A program made the translations under genes and the position numbers. The notes below the pieces were generated by a model that saw nothing but the letters and a program-made list of their open reading frames with translations, was not told the DNA's origin and ran no database searches. DNA of 64,000 nt from Isurus oxyrinchus (taxonomy: Eukaryota): positions 3,596,001 to 3,660,000 of the forward strand of contig JANJGN010000039.1 in assembly GCA_026770705.1 (NCBI GenBank). The letters are read 5' to 3'. This document shows positions 26,636 through 40,118 of this stretch, piece by piece; the stretch's first letter is position 1; every line of letters begins with the position of its first letter.

Positions 26636-27525
26636 TTATGAATTGAATAATTTTATGCACAATTTCATAAGGTACAACATCCCATTCTTCAGCTCCTTCC
26701 TAAACTTAGCCTGTGTCAAAACGTAAATGAATGTACTTGTGCAGCAACTGAGAAGTACAAGCATATATGCAACTGATTCAAGCTTATTAAGACCAGAATA
26801 TGAAATAATTATTGTATGCAAAGAGACAAAATATACAACCAGAGTGGCCCACAACAATATACAACTGCTGGATATACTGAACAGTAAATTCATGGATTTT
26901 CTTCGGCTTTCTATCTCTGAATCCTTGTGATGCTCGCCATTGCTGCAAACATGGAGGCCCCTGCGGACCTTATTGACCACTAAAATACGCCTAACCATCA
27001 ACATATTTAGCAACAAAATTAGAATGAATGGAACACTCGGGGTTAAGGTAAGGGTAAAGAAGTCAAATGCGGCCCATCCAGCAGAAATGATAAATGTCTG
27101 TTTTAGGACACAACCGTGATTTACATTGTCCACTATATTTTCAGGTTCATCTGCAAAATACCAGGGAATGTTTATCAAGCAGCTCAACACAGATACCACT
27201 GTTATGATAGCAGTTGCCGTTTTCTCTGTGCAATATTTTTTATTATGCTTCTCACAACATATGGCCACAAAACGATCGAATGTGAACATCACTGTTAGCC
27301 AGACACAGGCTGATGTGACTACATAACTCAGTGTTAGTGTTAGACAGCACACAGGGGGCATTGAGAAGAATGAACTGGGGCAATAAATATCTACTGTACT
27401 CGTAAGTATTACGTCAGTACAAACAACCAGGAGGTCAGTTGCTGCCTTGGCCATCATATAGCATGTAAGACATTTCGAGAGACCACACTTTCCACGGGAA
27501 AGAATCACAATTGCAACAGCATTCA
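26636..27525 (-). CDS. GPR139/GPR142-like orphan class A GPCR, coding exon 2 (late TM1 to C-terminus)
   Basis: Open 890-nt exon after acceptor ttttgtctctacatctctgacag. Reads NAVAIVILSRGKCGLSKC..DLLV (TM2), FTFDRFVAIC (DRY-equivalent), NIPWYF, TPSVPF, LLW (TM6), STFIY..TQAKFRKEL (TM7/helix 8). Confidence 0.93.
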
Positions 27526-30500
27526 CTGTCAGAGATGTAGAGACAAAACATGAAATATTTGACAAAGGTGAAACGGTTTTTTTCCGATGGCAGCAAAGGG
27601 TGCTCAATACATATTTTGTTTATTTTTGCATCATTTCATGTATTTCATCCAAGCATGTGTTGCATGCTTCCTGAGAGTAACGTGTGCTAAACATGGACTG
27701 AACCTTATACAATTGCACACGGATGGGAAACGTTCATTGATTATTCGTTTTCTGGTAGAAAAATCCTCCATTAAGACTGGGCAGCTGTTGGGCCTGTTAA
27801 GCAAGAATGTGAAGAATTTGAAGTCAGAAAAGTGCCTTGGCATGGTAATTTTTCAGTGTGATATGGGACACGGTAAAGAGCCAATTCATGTGTAAAGGTG
27901 CAACGCGATCTGGGCAGAGGACGCAATGTAGAGTCTTGCAATAAGTTCTGGGAATGGGTATTGTGCAACAAGGCTGACAGCTTGAATGCAAAATGTTGCC
28001 CAGATGCACGAATGTACTCAGAACACTTGGGAGGGTAAAGTTGAGATTGAACAGGACAAGGTGTAATAGTGAATAGACTACAAAGAGGTACCAACATATG
28101 CGAGGCTGAGTGAACGTTCACTGGGACATCATAACGGTGGTGGTGAAAGACAATCAAAATAAGGTAAAATGCTTATGCAGATCGCAGGGTGAAGTATTTC
28201 TGCGAGCTTAGGGCCGCTCAGTCAGGTCGTTTAAGGCAATTTGAGTGTTGCAAGATTGATATGCAGGCTAAGCATTATAAAGTTCTGGTTCAGGCGGAAT
28301 GTATCGCTGCTTCATAGCAGCAAGACTGAATTAAAGTTGCTACACAGGCTGGGCAGTCTGAATGGGGCAGTTTAATATCCAACTAGGATGAAGTTATATT
28401 GCTATACCGACTGCTCAGATTGAGTGAGGAACATATATTGGCAAAGAAGAGGTGCTGTGCGGGGCAACGTTTTTTCTGGGCAGGCTAGTTTTTATGTAGA
28501 TTGCATCGATATCGTAAAATGGAGAGGCCATGAGAATCAGAGTGATTCCCACCATATGGCAAATGAACAAATCAAAATTGTTATTCAAACGTGGTGTAAG
28601 TCTGCTTTTCGCTACTCAGGAGTCAGCAGAGATGTTCCCTTCTTTGATCGGATGAAGAACGAAACTCTTGGTTGCTGAAAAGTCAGAAAATATTACTATT
28701 CATCTCAAGAACCGCATCATTGTGAACTGTTTCGATACATGAAGCTGAACACAGATTCCTGTTGGACACCAAGTGCAGAAGATACAGAGAGATATTGACA
28801 GTGATGAACAAATTGACTTGAGTCAGTAACGCATTTGGAAAACTAAGATATGATTAGAAGTGTGAATTTGTGAATTGTTGATGACCTTATATTATCGAAG
28901 TAACTCTTAACAAAACTATATTTATAATAAAACCCTTTGTAGCTAATTTCATTTTAGATTGGGCGGCTCAGAACAGCCGCGAATTTTAAAAGGATTTAGG
29001 AACATTCATGTTTATTTTTCAAAATTCAGGAAACTTTTCATAAATTAGTGAATTAATCTAACGAATAGTTATTACTTGGGAGATTACAGTTAAATCATTT
29101 CGTCTAATAACTGATTACAATCAATAATGAGTATAAATCAAATGGGTTTGCTGTGAACCTTAGCTTGTCAGGGCTGCATGTTATAATTCATGTTGCTTAC
29201 TTAATTAAACACCGTATGCTTTTCGAATTATAACATTTTCAGTTAAACTGATTGAACCAACTTGTTGCTACTGGAAATGCTTTTTTTTCATTGCATACAT
29301 TCGTCAAATTATTATGTACAATTTTTAAAAAAGCATAGAACACGTGCTTTCATTAATATCCAAAGTAAGTAATTGAAAATTTCTGAATTTGAATTGAATT
29401 GAAATTTTGCGTGGAGCCCTGGTGGCTGTGTTGTAAGATCGGAAATCATCGATCTGGTAATCGTGCAGAATATTGTTTAGACTGAAATCTTTGGTCAATC
29501 ACAGGGGCACAGTTTACGGAACGGAAAATTCACATTTTCACAATGGAAGGAAGAATGAATAAGGAGTTCATTTAAGTGCCAAGTGCTTTTTAAGGCTATA
29601 CAAAATGGTGCAGAATGATGTAAAGTTTTTGACATTTAGGATAGCAACAATGCAATGGAGCAAGACTGTCGATGGGTTGACGAAGCAGCGTTTTGAATAA
29701 GATTATTTAATTCAGTTGCTGATTAATGCTTTAAACTAATTTTTAAAGCAATAAGTAGAATTATTCGGAGAAAGGTAAACAGATTTTTATATTTCTGTAA
29801 TGAATGTTGATAAGCTTTGACCACCCAAATAAAAAGCCGTCTCTTCATGTTGCATTCGCAGCTTATGTGGCAGCTGCTGCCTCTCATTCAAACTTTTCAA
29901 ACTCGAAAACAAGCATCAAACTTCATTGACTTGATGAGAAGTGCAACAACTAATTATAAGCAGACTTGCAAAGACTGGGTGATGGGCATAAATTGAAAAT
30001 GCAATTCCTGATGCCAGTGTAGGCTGTACTGGAAAGGAGGGAAGCATTGGAAAATCAAAGCCAGTTTGGTTAAACTACAATCCGAGAGAAATGTTGACAA
30101 AAATAAAGGTTGACATCAGTTGCCCTATACATATCAATGTTTCAGCTGAGCAAAATCAATATTTGTATCAGTACAACACCATGAATTTACAATGAGAGAA
30201 TTAAGTTGTATTTTGCATTCTAGGATTTCACTGTTTTGATTTATATAACGATGTTTCACCAATATATCATCACCCAAATTGTCCTGGCCAGCACTGTCAA
30301 GATGCAACCCTTTAACAAAAACCCAGTAATGTACACAACTATGTACTTAACGAGCCAAAATTAGAATACAACTAATTACAAAAAAAAATAAATTGTCAAT
30401 GCACTTCTTAAATGTTCCTCCAAATATAACGTTGAAATATACATTGAATGAAGTACTCAATTATCTGCCAAATTGAATAGTAAACTAGCAAATACATTAT

Positions 30501-30573
30501 TCATTATGTTAGCTATCAAATTACGCGTACCAATAGCAAACAAATTATCACGGAATGTCCTGCTGAATTAAAA

Positions 30574-30574
30574 C

Positions 30575-30622
<48 letters not shown>
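30574..30622. repeat. (TA)n microsatellite
   Basis: Direct inspection; one interruption. Confidence 0.97.
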
Positions 30623-30627
<5 letters not shown>

Positions 30628-30754
30628 GGAATTATCCATTTAGGTATGCATCTGCAATTTGTGCTTGACCCGTTATTGATTTTTAATCTGGAAAAGAAAC
30701 ATAGATCAGGTGCACTGCACTTTGGTTTATGTTCCTCTGGTGTCGTTACTGCAA

Positions 30755-30960
30755 AGACCCAATCGGATAAGCGACAAACCGACTGAGTGTCTTCCTTTTG
30801 CCTTATCAGTTTAACAGCAATGTGCCCTTCGCAAGAGGGAGGAGGCAATGAGAGATGCAAAGTGGGGTCCACGTCCAATCGGCAGTTTGAACCAGGACCT
30901 CAGGCGGCAGATTATGAAGCTGTGAATACAGTTCGATAGGGGGCGGGGGGCGGCGATTTA
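30755..30960. promoter_or_regulatory. Possible promoter-like cluster inside the GPCR intron
   Basis: Two CCAATCGG motifs (~30759, ~30875) and tandem GGGGCGG boxes (~30940-30955) in an otherwise AT-rich region. Confidence 0.25.
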
Positions 30961-31659
30961 TGGTCAAATAATTCGGCCAATTTATTTGGTTACAGGCTTA
31001 GATTGTCACGAGCGATTGAACATACAGGTCCTCACTTAGGGACGAGAATACTGGGAAAAATTAAAGCAACATAAGAATGTTATATTTAATCTTAGTTTAC
31101 CCTACACGAAAGAAACAGAAAGGGCCATCATTTTAATGCACAAGGGCGCAATAAGCATAGATTCGGCAAGATGCATCATTTTCCTTTCAATCGATTAATT
31201 GATAAGATCAGCGTGTATTCGTTTTCACTAATTCTTTTTGAAAGGGATTTTTTTATAGTTTTGCAGTCCATATGATGCAGATGGACACACTGTGCTACGG
31301 GCTAGGGAGTTCCAGCTGTTGATCCAGTGTCAGTCGGGAAATAAAAAGGTAATATATTTCCAAGTCATGTTGATGTGTGACTTGGAAAGGAATTTGCAAT
31401 TGTGCTTCCATGTGGATTCTGCCCTTGTACATCTAATTGTTCAAGGTCACCTGCTCAGAGGTATTGAGGAAGGACCTTTGTTGACATATGTCATATGCGT
31501 AGAGTTGAACCAGAAATAACAGATAATGCTTACCCGATGAAGCTCCAAGGCAGGACAACTTGCAAGCAAAGTAGGGGAAGCAGGGCGCAATTGACAGGGC
31601 AAATCAATAACCAAATCTAAGCTCTGAAGCGCTGTTACATACTGTTTTGAATGGTGATG

Positions 31660-33050
31660 GGCAATTGAACAAATCACTGCCTGAGCACTCTCGATCAGCA
31701 TCTTCATCAGCAATGATTGTTGAGCCCAGGTCATTACTGCAAAGATATGGCTAAAAGGTTTGCAGCCACATTCATCCTGAAGTAACCAGTGGATGAAACG
31801 TTCCGGCCTCCTCCTGAGGATGACAGCATCTGAGTTAACAGCCTTCAGCCAATATGATGCACAGTACGTTATATTATGAAACGATTGATGGGACTAGATT
31901 ATGCAGAGGCTACGGTTCCTGTAAGTTTCTACCAGTAAGGCGGGAGACCAGTGCCCTTCAACAAGCCATCAAGCTGGAGCTGTACAGCTAAAATATTGGC
32001 ATTTTAGCGAACATGGGAAACAAAAAGCACAAGTATGTCGTGCCCCAAAAGCAAGGCATACACAAAAATCTAATTTCGAGACCACCCACTTACTCTTGAT
32101 CATTAGCAAAGCGATTTAAAGTGTAATGTATAGTGTTGAAATTGCCATTTACCGGACAGTCAGCTACCCAGTGAAGGAAATTTTGTGTTTTGTATGATCC
32201 CCAGCTATTAGTTCAGTCTTGATTCAAACATGGAGGACTCATGACGTGATGGGAGATAGCCTGCGCTGCATATCGAGACAATTGACAGAGTATGATCTCA
32301 AAGACCCCAAACAATTTCGGAGTTGATAAGAATAAGCAGGAAAGGCCTCCATTAAATGGAATAATACCTAGCACAATTAAATATGTTTATTTGCAGGTGG
32401 TACCTCTCAGCCTCATTACATCATTGCACGAGATCCTCGGACCAGAGTCCTCTTCCAAACAATTTTCATCTTCTTTATCGTTGAAAGTCTATCCATCAAT
32501 AGCACAGAAGGGTGATTATTGTGGTGAAGGTGTCTAGGGAGTGGTAGGCACGTGCAGAACTGGGGTGGATTAGTGCCCGCTGATGAATGCTCAAACTTCA
32601 GCACCATTCTCAACTTAACAGAATTCCATGCCCATGTGTAACAAGGCCTCCGCCATATCCAGTCTGGTGTTGAAAACCAATGAGTAATATTCGCTCCACA
32701 TAATTGACAGACAGTGGCCAGCGAAGCCATCAGAGTTTCCATGAAAATATCCTTAAACGTTAATGCCATTACCATCGCTTAATCCCCCATCTCCAACATC
32801 CTCGGTCCCCCATCTCCAACATCCTCGGAAATATCATTGACCAGACACTGTGACTAGACGGGCAAGTCAGGACCTGAGAATCCTGCAGGGAGGAAATCAC
32901 CCTCTCAATCTGCAAAGCCTTAATTTCAAGGCGCAAATCAGGAGTGTGATAGAATACACTACATTGTCTTGATGAGTTCTGCTCCAACAACATTCACAAA
33001 CATTGAATTAATCCAGGAAAAAGCAGCCTGTGGTGCTGAGATACATTCTG
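31660..33050 (+). mobile_element. CR1/L2-class LINE family B, heavily decayed
   Basis: Patchy similarity to 8900-10050 (e.g. catcttcatcagcaatga..., atcattgaccagacactg, tccaggaaaaagcagcctg). Confidence 0.6.
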
Positions 33051-34513
33051 TCACCATCATTATTCAACCTATTTACCTTTATCGGAATAATTGTTCTTAT
33101 TGATTACAAAGTTCATCTTAATCATCAGCCAAAATCTGAGTAAGTAACCTTTGCAAAATGTGAATTTTACACCCATTTTCTGGGCATCACCCAATAGACT
33201 TTTTGCTTCCCTAAGTGCCATTGCTTCAAAGTATTTACGTTAAATGTGAAGAATTGGTCTTAGCATTAAAACGACTTGGTAATTCAATGAAATCTCATGG
33301 CATCAGCTAAAACATGGGCATGGATTACCCCCTGGTTTATGCTACCTACCGTTCCCTTCAGCTGATGATCATCAGTAGAGGGAGATTTGGGGTTCCAAGT
33401 AAAAGCTATACTCTACATGGGGGATTTCGATGTTTATGACCAAGAGAGTTTCAGTAGCACAACTAATGCTGAGCTGGTCTAGACGTGAGGATAACTGCTA
33501 GGCTGGGACTTTGGCAAGTGCTCAGGGAACAAACAAGGTGGAAAACCCTTACTGAAATGGCTCCACCAACCTGCACGACGCAGGTCCATGTGCCCATAAC
33601 GTTTTTGATTGGATTGACTACCAACAGTTCTTGTTCAGAGGAAATCCACCTTCACATTGGGGATTCCCTCCATCGCGTTGTATGGCACTATCATTGTGTT
33701 AAATGGCGTACATTTCAGCCAGAGCTGCAACTTCAAACTGGGTTTTCATGACGCACTGAGCAGAGTTGTGCACAAACAGAATGTGTAACCTAAAGCCCGA
33801 TGTATCCCCAAAACTGCCATTCCCGTGTAGAATGTTTGTGGTGACTGTTGTGGTGCTGATCAAGCAGTACACGTTGTTCAAATTGTTACAGAGTTTATTG
33901 GTTGTTCTCAAATCATCCGGGCAATCTCAAAGTGTCACACAAATCTCCGGATGATCAGTTGATGGTGGTCAGATTGTGAGGAGTTAAGAGTTGAGATGCT
34001 TCCCGCAGAATTTGAAAGGTCTAATCTACAATTCTAGGCCCGTTTTTACACGGCCGGCACGATTAATTTAACCACGATGCTGAGATGCTGAACGTAGCGG
34101 ATAGTGCAATGGCAAACCCCTTCAAGAGCAATTGGAGATTTCCATTTTCGTTGTGGATAGTTATTCACAGACGCTAAGGCTGAGAACATGCTACTTTCCG
34201 TCAAATTTCCTCATGTGGGCAACCCCACGTTCAGGGTGTGATGACGTGTGAATGTTAGTTCTGCAACCATCAACGGGGATCCCCATTACTTTCCAAAGTA
34301 TCGATGAAACCACATTGATATAGCAATTGAATATTGACGACCAAACAGTTGTGACTTATGGGCATTAGCGCAAATGAAGTGTCACGTACACTGTTGGTCT
34401 TTATAACAAAGTAAAAAAAAAATTGCCACGGGCTGTCAGTGGGGAAGTGTGTGGGGAGTTAAGAGGCGACGTCATGTGGCAAGCAGAGTTCACCAAACTA
34501 ATGCCTTGTAATA

Positions 34514-36927
34514 AAAACAGAATTACCTGGAAAATCTCAGCGGGTCTGGCAGCATCGTTGGCCAAGAAGAGTTGACGTTTCGAGTCCTCATGATCCTTCG
34601 ACAGAACTAGGTGAATCCAAGCAAGGCGTGAAATATAAGCTGGTTTAATGTGTGTGTGTGGTGGGGTGGGGGGGGGGGGGGGTGGTGGTGGTGGGTTGGG
34701 TGGGGAGAGAGAAGTAGACGGGGGTGTGGTTGTAGGGACAATCAAGCAGTGATAGAAGCAGATTATGAAAAGATGTTACAGACAACAGAACAAAAGAACA
34801 CATAGGGGTTGAAGTTGGTGATATATAGCTAAACGAATGTGCTAATTAAGAATGGATGGTAGGGCACTCAAGGTACAGCTCTAATGGGGGTGGAGGGAGC
34901 ATAAAAGTTTTAAAAATATTTAAAAATCATGGAAACAGGTGGGAAAAAGAAAAAAAATATATAATTTATTGGAAAAAACAACAGGAAGGGGGAAGAAACA
35001 GAAAGGGGGTGGGGATGGAGGAGGGGGATCAAGACCTAAAGTTGTTCAATTCAATATTCAGTCCAGAAGGCTGTAAAGTGCCTAGTCGGAAGATGAGGTA
35101 TTGTTCCTCCAGTTTGCGTTGGGCTTCACTGGATCAATGTAGCATGCCAAAGACAGACATGTGGGTAAGAGAGCAGGGTGGAGTGTTAAAATGGCAAGCG
35201 ACAGGGAGGTTTGACTCATTCTTGCGGACAGACCGCAGGTGTTCTGCAAAGCGATCGCCCAGTTTACGTTTGGTCTCTCCAATGTAGAGGAGACCACATT
35301 GGGAGCAACGAATGCAGTAGACTAAGTTGGGGCAAATGCAAGTGAAATGTTGCTTCACTTGAAAGGAGTGTTTGGGCCCTTGGACGGTGAGGAGAGAGGA
35401 AGTGAAGGGGCAGGTGTTACATCTTTTGAGTGGGCATGGGGTGGTGCCATAGGAGGGGGTTGGGGAGTAGGGGTTGATGGAGGTGTGGACCATCGATCAT
35501 GTCCTGGCTGTGTGTGCGGGCAATTTTGCATCATGGGACCGAACTCTCGCCTTCAACGTCCACTTGCTCTTGGTCCCAGGTTGTCCTGGAGGGAACGATC
35601 CCTACGGAATGCTGATAGGCGGGGGGGGGGGTGAAGGGAAGATGTGTTTGGTTGTGGCATCATGCTAGAGTTGGTGGAAATGGCGGAGGATGATCCTTTG
35701 AATGCGGAGGCTGGTGGGGTGATAAGTGAGGACAAAGGGGACCCTGTCATGTTTCTGGGAGGGAGTAGAAGATGTGAGGGCTGATGTGCGAGACATGGGC
35801 CAGACATGGTTGAGGGTCCTGTCAACCACCGTGGGTGGAAAACCTCGGTTAAGAAAGCAGGAGGACATGTCAGAGGACCTCTTTTTGAAGGTAGAATCAT
35901 CGGAACAGATGCGACGGAGGCGAAGGAACTGAGAGAATGGGATGGCGTCCTCCCTCACACGATATTTCTCTACCCTCACCTATGGAACCACCCCTTGCCC
36001 ACGCAAAAGATATAACATCTGCCCCTTCATTTCCTCTCTCCCCACCATCCAAGGGCCCAAACACACCTTTATAGTGAAGCAACATTTCACTTGCATTTCC
36101 CCCAACTTAGTCTAATACATTCGTTGCTCCTAATGCGGTCTCCTCTACATTGGAGAGACAAAACGTAAACTGGACGACCGCTTTGCAGACCACCTGCGGT
36201 CTGTCCGCAAGAATGACCCAAACCTCCCTGTCGCTTGCCATTTTAACACTCCACCCTGCTCTCTTGCCCACATGTCTGTCCTTGGCTTACTGCATTGTTC
36301 CAGTGAAGCCCAACGCAAATTGGAGGAACAAAACCTCATCTTCCGACTAGGCACTTGACAGCCTTCTGGACTGAATATTGAATTCAACAACTTTAGGTCT
36401 TGACCTCCCTCCCCCATCCCCACCCCCTTTCTGTTTCTTCCGCCTTCCTTTTTTTCCCAATAAATTATATAGATTTTACTTTTTCCCACCTGTTTCCATG
36501 ATTTTTAAATATTTTTCAATCTTTTATGCTCCCCCCACCTGGAGCTATACCTTGAGTGCCCTATCATCCATTCTTAGTTAGCACATTCGTTTAGATATAT
36601 ATCACCAAATTCCACACCTATGTGTTCTTTTGTTCTGTTGTCTGCGACATCTGTTGATGATCTGCTTCTATCACTGCTTGCTATTCCCTAACAACCACAC
36701 CACCCTCCCCACGTCTCTCCCCCCACCCAACCCACCCCGCCCACACACACACTCCTTAAACTGGCTGATATTTCACCCTTCCTTGGATTCACCTAGTTTT
36801 GTCGAATGATCATAGGACTCGAAACGTCAACTCTTTTCTTCTCCGCCGATGCTGCCAGACCTGCTGAGTTTTTCCAGGTAATTCTGTTTTTGTTTTGGAT
36901 TTCCAGTATCCGCAGTTTTTGTGTTTT
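34514..36927. mobile_element. Penelope-like element, tail-out inverted pair (left arm minus 34514-~35951, right arm plus ~35955-36927)
   Basis: RT-thumb AIPFSQFLRLRRICSDD, Cys linker PCPLKRCNTC and GIY-YIG LVYCIRCSQCGLLYIGETKRKLGDRFAEH. Arms are reverse complements. TSD taatgccttg(t/g)aata at 34499-34513 and 36928-36942. Confidence 0.93.
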
Positions 36928-37734
36928 TAATGCCTTGGAATACTGGGATTCACCTGAAATAGCCCCAGGTAGAGTTATTGACGAGAGTGAGCCTGCACTC
37001 TCTGAAGACTTGCTAAATTAGAAGTTATCTCATGGAACCAAACAATGATCTGACAGGGTTTTATTGGAGCAGATGCAGGATGGATGTTCCCCTTGGTGCT
37101 CGTGCCTGAAAACAGGAGGCACACATGCAGAAGATGAACTATGCCCTTTTGGATTGAGATGAGGAGGATCCATTTCGTTCAGAGGATGATGAATGTTCGG
37201 AAGAACATGCCTCAGACTCTTTGGAGGCTCAGTCATTGAGTCTGTTCAGGTAAGCGATGAACTGAATTCTAAGTATTTAATGCATCCAGAGATATGAAAT
37301 AGTGTAAAAGAATGGATTGGAGCCATGATTTCAGCCATGGTTTACTTGAGTATTGGAGCAAGGTCGAGCAGCTTAATGGCCAAATTCTAGTCCTATATCT
37401 TATATCCTTATGTCCATTTAAAAGCACCTGCAGTTAACGTGGGAATGTGAGTTTCCCAATGACACCAGGGAGTCCGACAATGCTTAATTTTAATTCACTT
37501 CATTTCTCACTATAAATCATATAGATTTTGGAGTAAGAACCAGCAGGAAGTGGACGTCGAGAAGTTGAAATAATCAGAATAATGAAGGAAAAATAAGTAC
37601 TCCCAGTGTACAGGTGTTTCAAAAGTGTACCAGTTATGGCTCATCCAGTTGCAATTTCTGTACCTGTATTGATGTTCGTACATTTATGACAGGCCTCAGT
37701 ACTTGAGAACAAGATTCAAGACTAATAATTCTTT

Positions 37735-39540
37735 GCTGAAAAGGTTGTTGAAGACAAATGTCGGCCCCTCACAGTCAGAAACAGGGGACTTTATAACTGT
37801 GAATAAAGAAATGCTGGACCAACTAAATTTGTACATTGGTACTGTCTTTACAAAGGAGGACACAAAAAACATACCAGGTGTTTTGGGAACAAAGAGTTTA
37901 GTGAGGGGGAGGACCTGAAAAAAGAAACATAATTAGTAGGGTGATTGTGTTTTATAAACTGATCTAATTGAATTCCGATAAATCCCCAGGACCAGATCAT
38001 CTACATCCCAGAATACCTAAGGAAGTGGCCCGAGAAATAATGGATGCAATGGTGGTCATCTTCCACGATTTCATAGACTCTGGAGCAGGTCCAACCATCT
38101 GGAGGGTAGGTAATGTAACTCCACTAGCTAAAAAGGCAGGTTGAGGGGAAAAAGGGAATTATAGACCAGTCAACCTGACGTTGGTAGTTGAGAAAATTCT
38201 AGAGTCCAGTTTAAAGGATTTAACAGCTTAACACTTGGAAAACAGTGGCAGAATCGTACAGACTCAGCGTGACTTTAAGAAAGAGAATCATGCTTGGCAA
38301 AGCTACAGGAATTTTTCGAGGAAGTAACGAGTAGACTTGATGAGGGGGAACCAGTGGATCTGGTTTTCCTCACATTTCAGAATGTTTTCAACAAAAGAGA
38401 TTAACGAGTAAAAACTAAGGCGCATGGGATTGGGGGTAGTGTATTGAGATGGATAGAAAAATGGTTGGAAGGCAGGAAACAAGGAATGGAAAAATGGGTA
38501 TTTTGTCTGAATGGCAGGGAGTGACGATTCGGGTACCGCAGAGATCGATGTTGGGACCGCAGCAATACAAAACATTAAATGAGGGAGCTAAATGTATTAT
38601 CTCCAAATTTGCAGATGACACAATGCTGGCTGGGAGGGTGTGCAGTGTGAAAGTTGCCGAGATGCTTCAGTGAGATTTGGACAAGCTAAATGAGTGGGCA
38701 AATGGGTGGCAGATGGACCATGATGTGCACAAATGTGATGTTGTCCACTTGAGTAAAAGAAGCAGAATGGAAGATTATTATCTGAATATCTGTGAATTGA
38801 GAGATGGAAGTATGCAACGAAACCTGGGTGTCTTCGTACACCAGTCGCAAATGGTAAGCATGCAGTTGCAGCAGCCAGTAAAGAAGGCAAATGTCTATCA
38901 TAGTGACAGGATTCGAGTATAGGAGCAGGAATATCTTGCTGCAAATATGCAAGGCATTGTTGAACCGCACCTCGAATATTGTGCACAGTTCTGGCCTCCT
39001 TATCGAAGGAAGGATCTTCTTCTTGTAGAGGGAGTGCAGCAGATGTTTCACAGATTGATTCCTGGGATGGTGGAGCTGACATATGAGGAGAGATTTTGTC
39101 GTTTAGGATTATTTTCGATGGAGTTCAGAAAGGAGAGAGGGGATCTCATTGAAAGCTATAAAATTCTAACAGGACTAGACAGGGTAGATGCAGGAAGCAT
39201 GTTCCGAATGTGGGGCAGTCCAGAATCAGCCATCATAGCCTGAGAGCAAGGTATTTACCATTTAGGACTGAGATGAGGACAAAATTCTCACCCATAGAGT
39301 GGTGAGCTTGAGGAATCAGCGACCACAGAAAGTAATTGAGGCGAAAACATTGTATGATTTCAAGAAGTATTTAAATATAACATTTAGAGAGCAAGGGACC
39401 AAACTATATGGGGAGAAAGCAGAGCAGGCTATTGAACTGGATGATTAGTTATTGTTTTCATGAGTAGCGTAGCAGGCTCGAATGGGAGAATGGCCCACTC
39501 CTGCTTTTGTTGTCCTTCTTTCCATGATTCTATGTTTCTG
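37735..39540 (+). mobile_element. CR1 LINE ORF2 3' part, decayed
   Basis: YRPVNLTLVVEKILE, VPQRSMLGP, ISKFADDTML, PHLEYCAQFWPP, RGDLIESYKIL; tail ttccatgattctatgtttct. Confidence 0.92.
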
Positions 39541-40118
39541 TTTAAAGCCAGTAAGGTGATCTGCAAACGGGACTAAATAAATAAATGTCTTTCGAGATAC
39601 AAGTAAGTAAGATGTCGCAATGTTTTCACCACATCCAGGTTTGTGTTTTACCCCAACTTCCAGCTACCTTCACTGTACACTGATCTGTTAAAGATCGCTG
39701 CATTAAAATCTAAGTCGTTTGATAGGGTGCCCGTTGCTTGTAATAGTGAAAAGCAGATGAAAATCATTCGCAAGCGCTTTCAATTATGTCAAGGTGAATG
39801 TTGCAGAATGCAAAGTTCCTCTTCATTGGATATCACAGATTGTGTCATCTACAATTTCAAACTGGGATTGAATTTGGTTATGATATTTATTGCAGAGCGC
39901 ATCCATTTAAATCATTCCCAAATTAATTAATAATGCATCGCCGCTGGAGAACACGGTGTAAAAGATAAGTCAGCTTTAAGAAATCAGGTGATGTTAGGGG
40001 TAAACAAGCACCCGAGACTCTCCAAACGTAAATCAGCACCTTTTAGAGATCAGAAACGTCGTTTGAGAAGCAGGTAACTAACAATTATAATGTCTAATTG
40101 CTTTGCATAGGCTCCGAC

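Noticed and set aside
27526-27607. N-terminal extension MSTLCCHRKK... of the 323-aa ORF
   Set aside because: Intronic read-through upstream of the acceptor at 27526; the true TM1 start lies in the 40119-40189 exon.
34856-35287. Near-identical ORFs of the 'KLFNSIFSPEGCKVP' type (also 36145-36489, 54308-54658, 55213-55563)
   Set aside because: Antisense frames of the Penelope GIY-YIG region, not a gene family.
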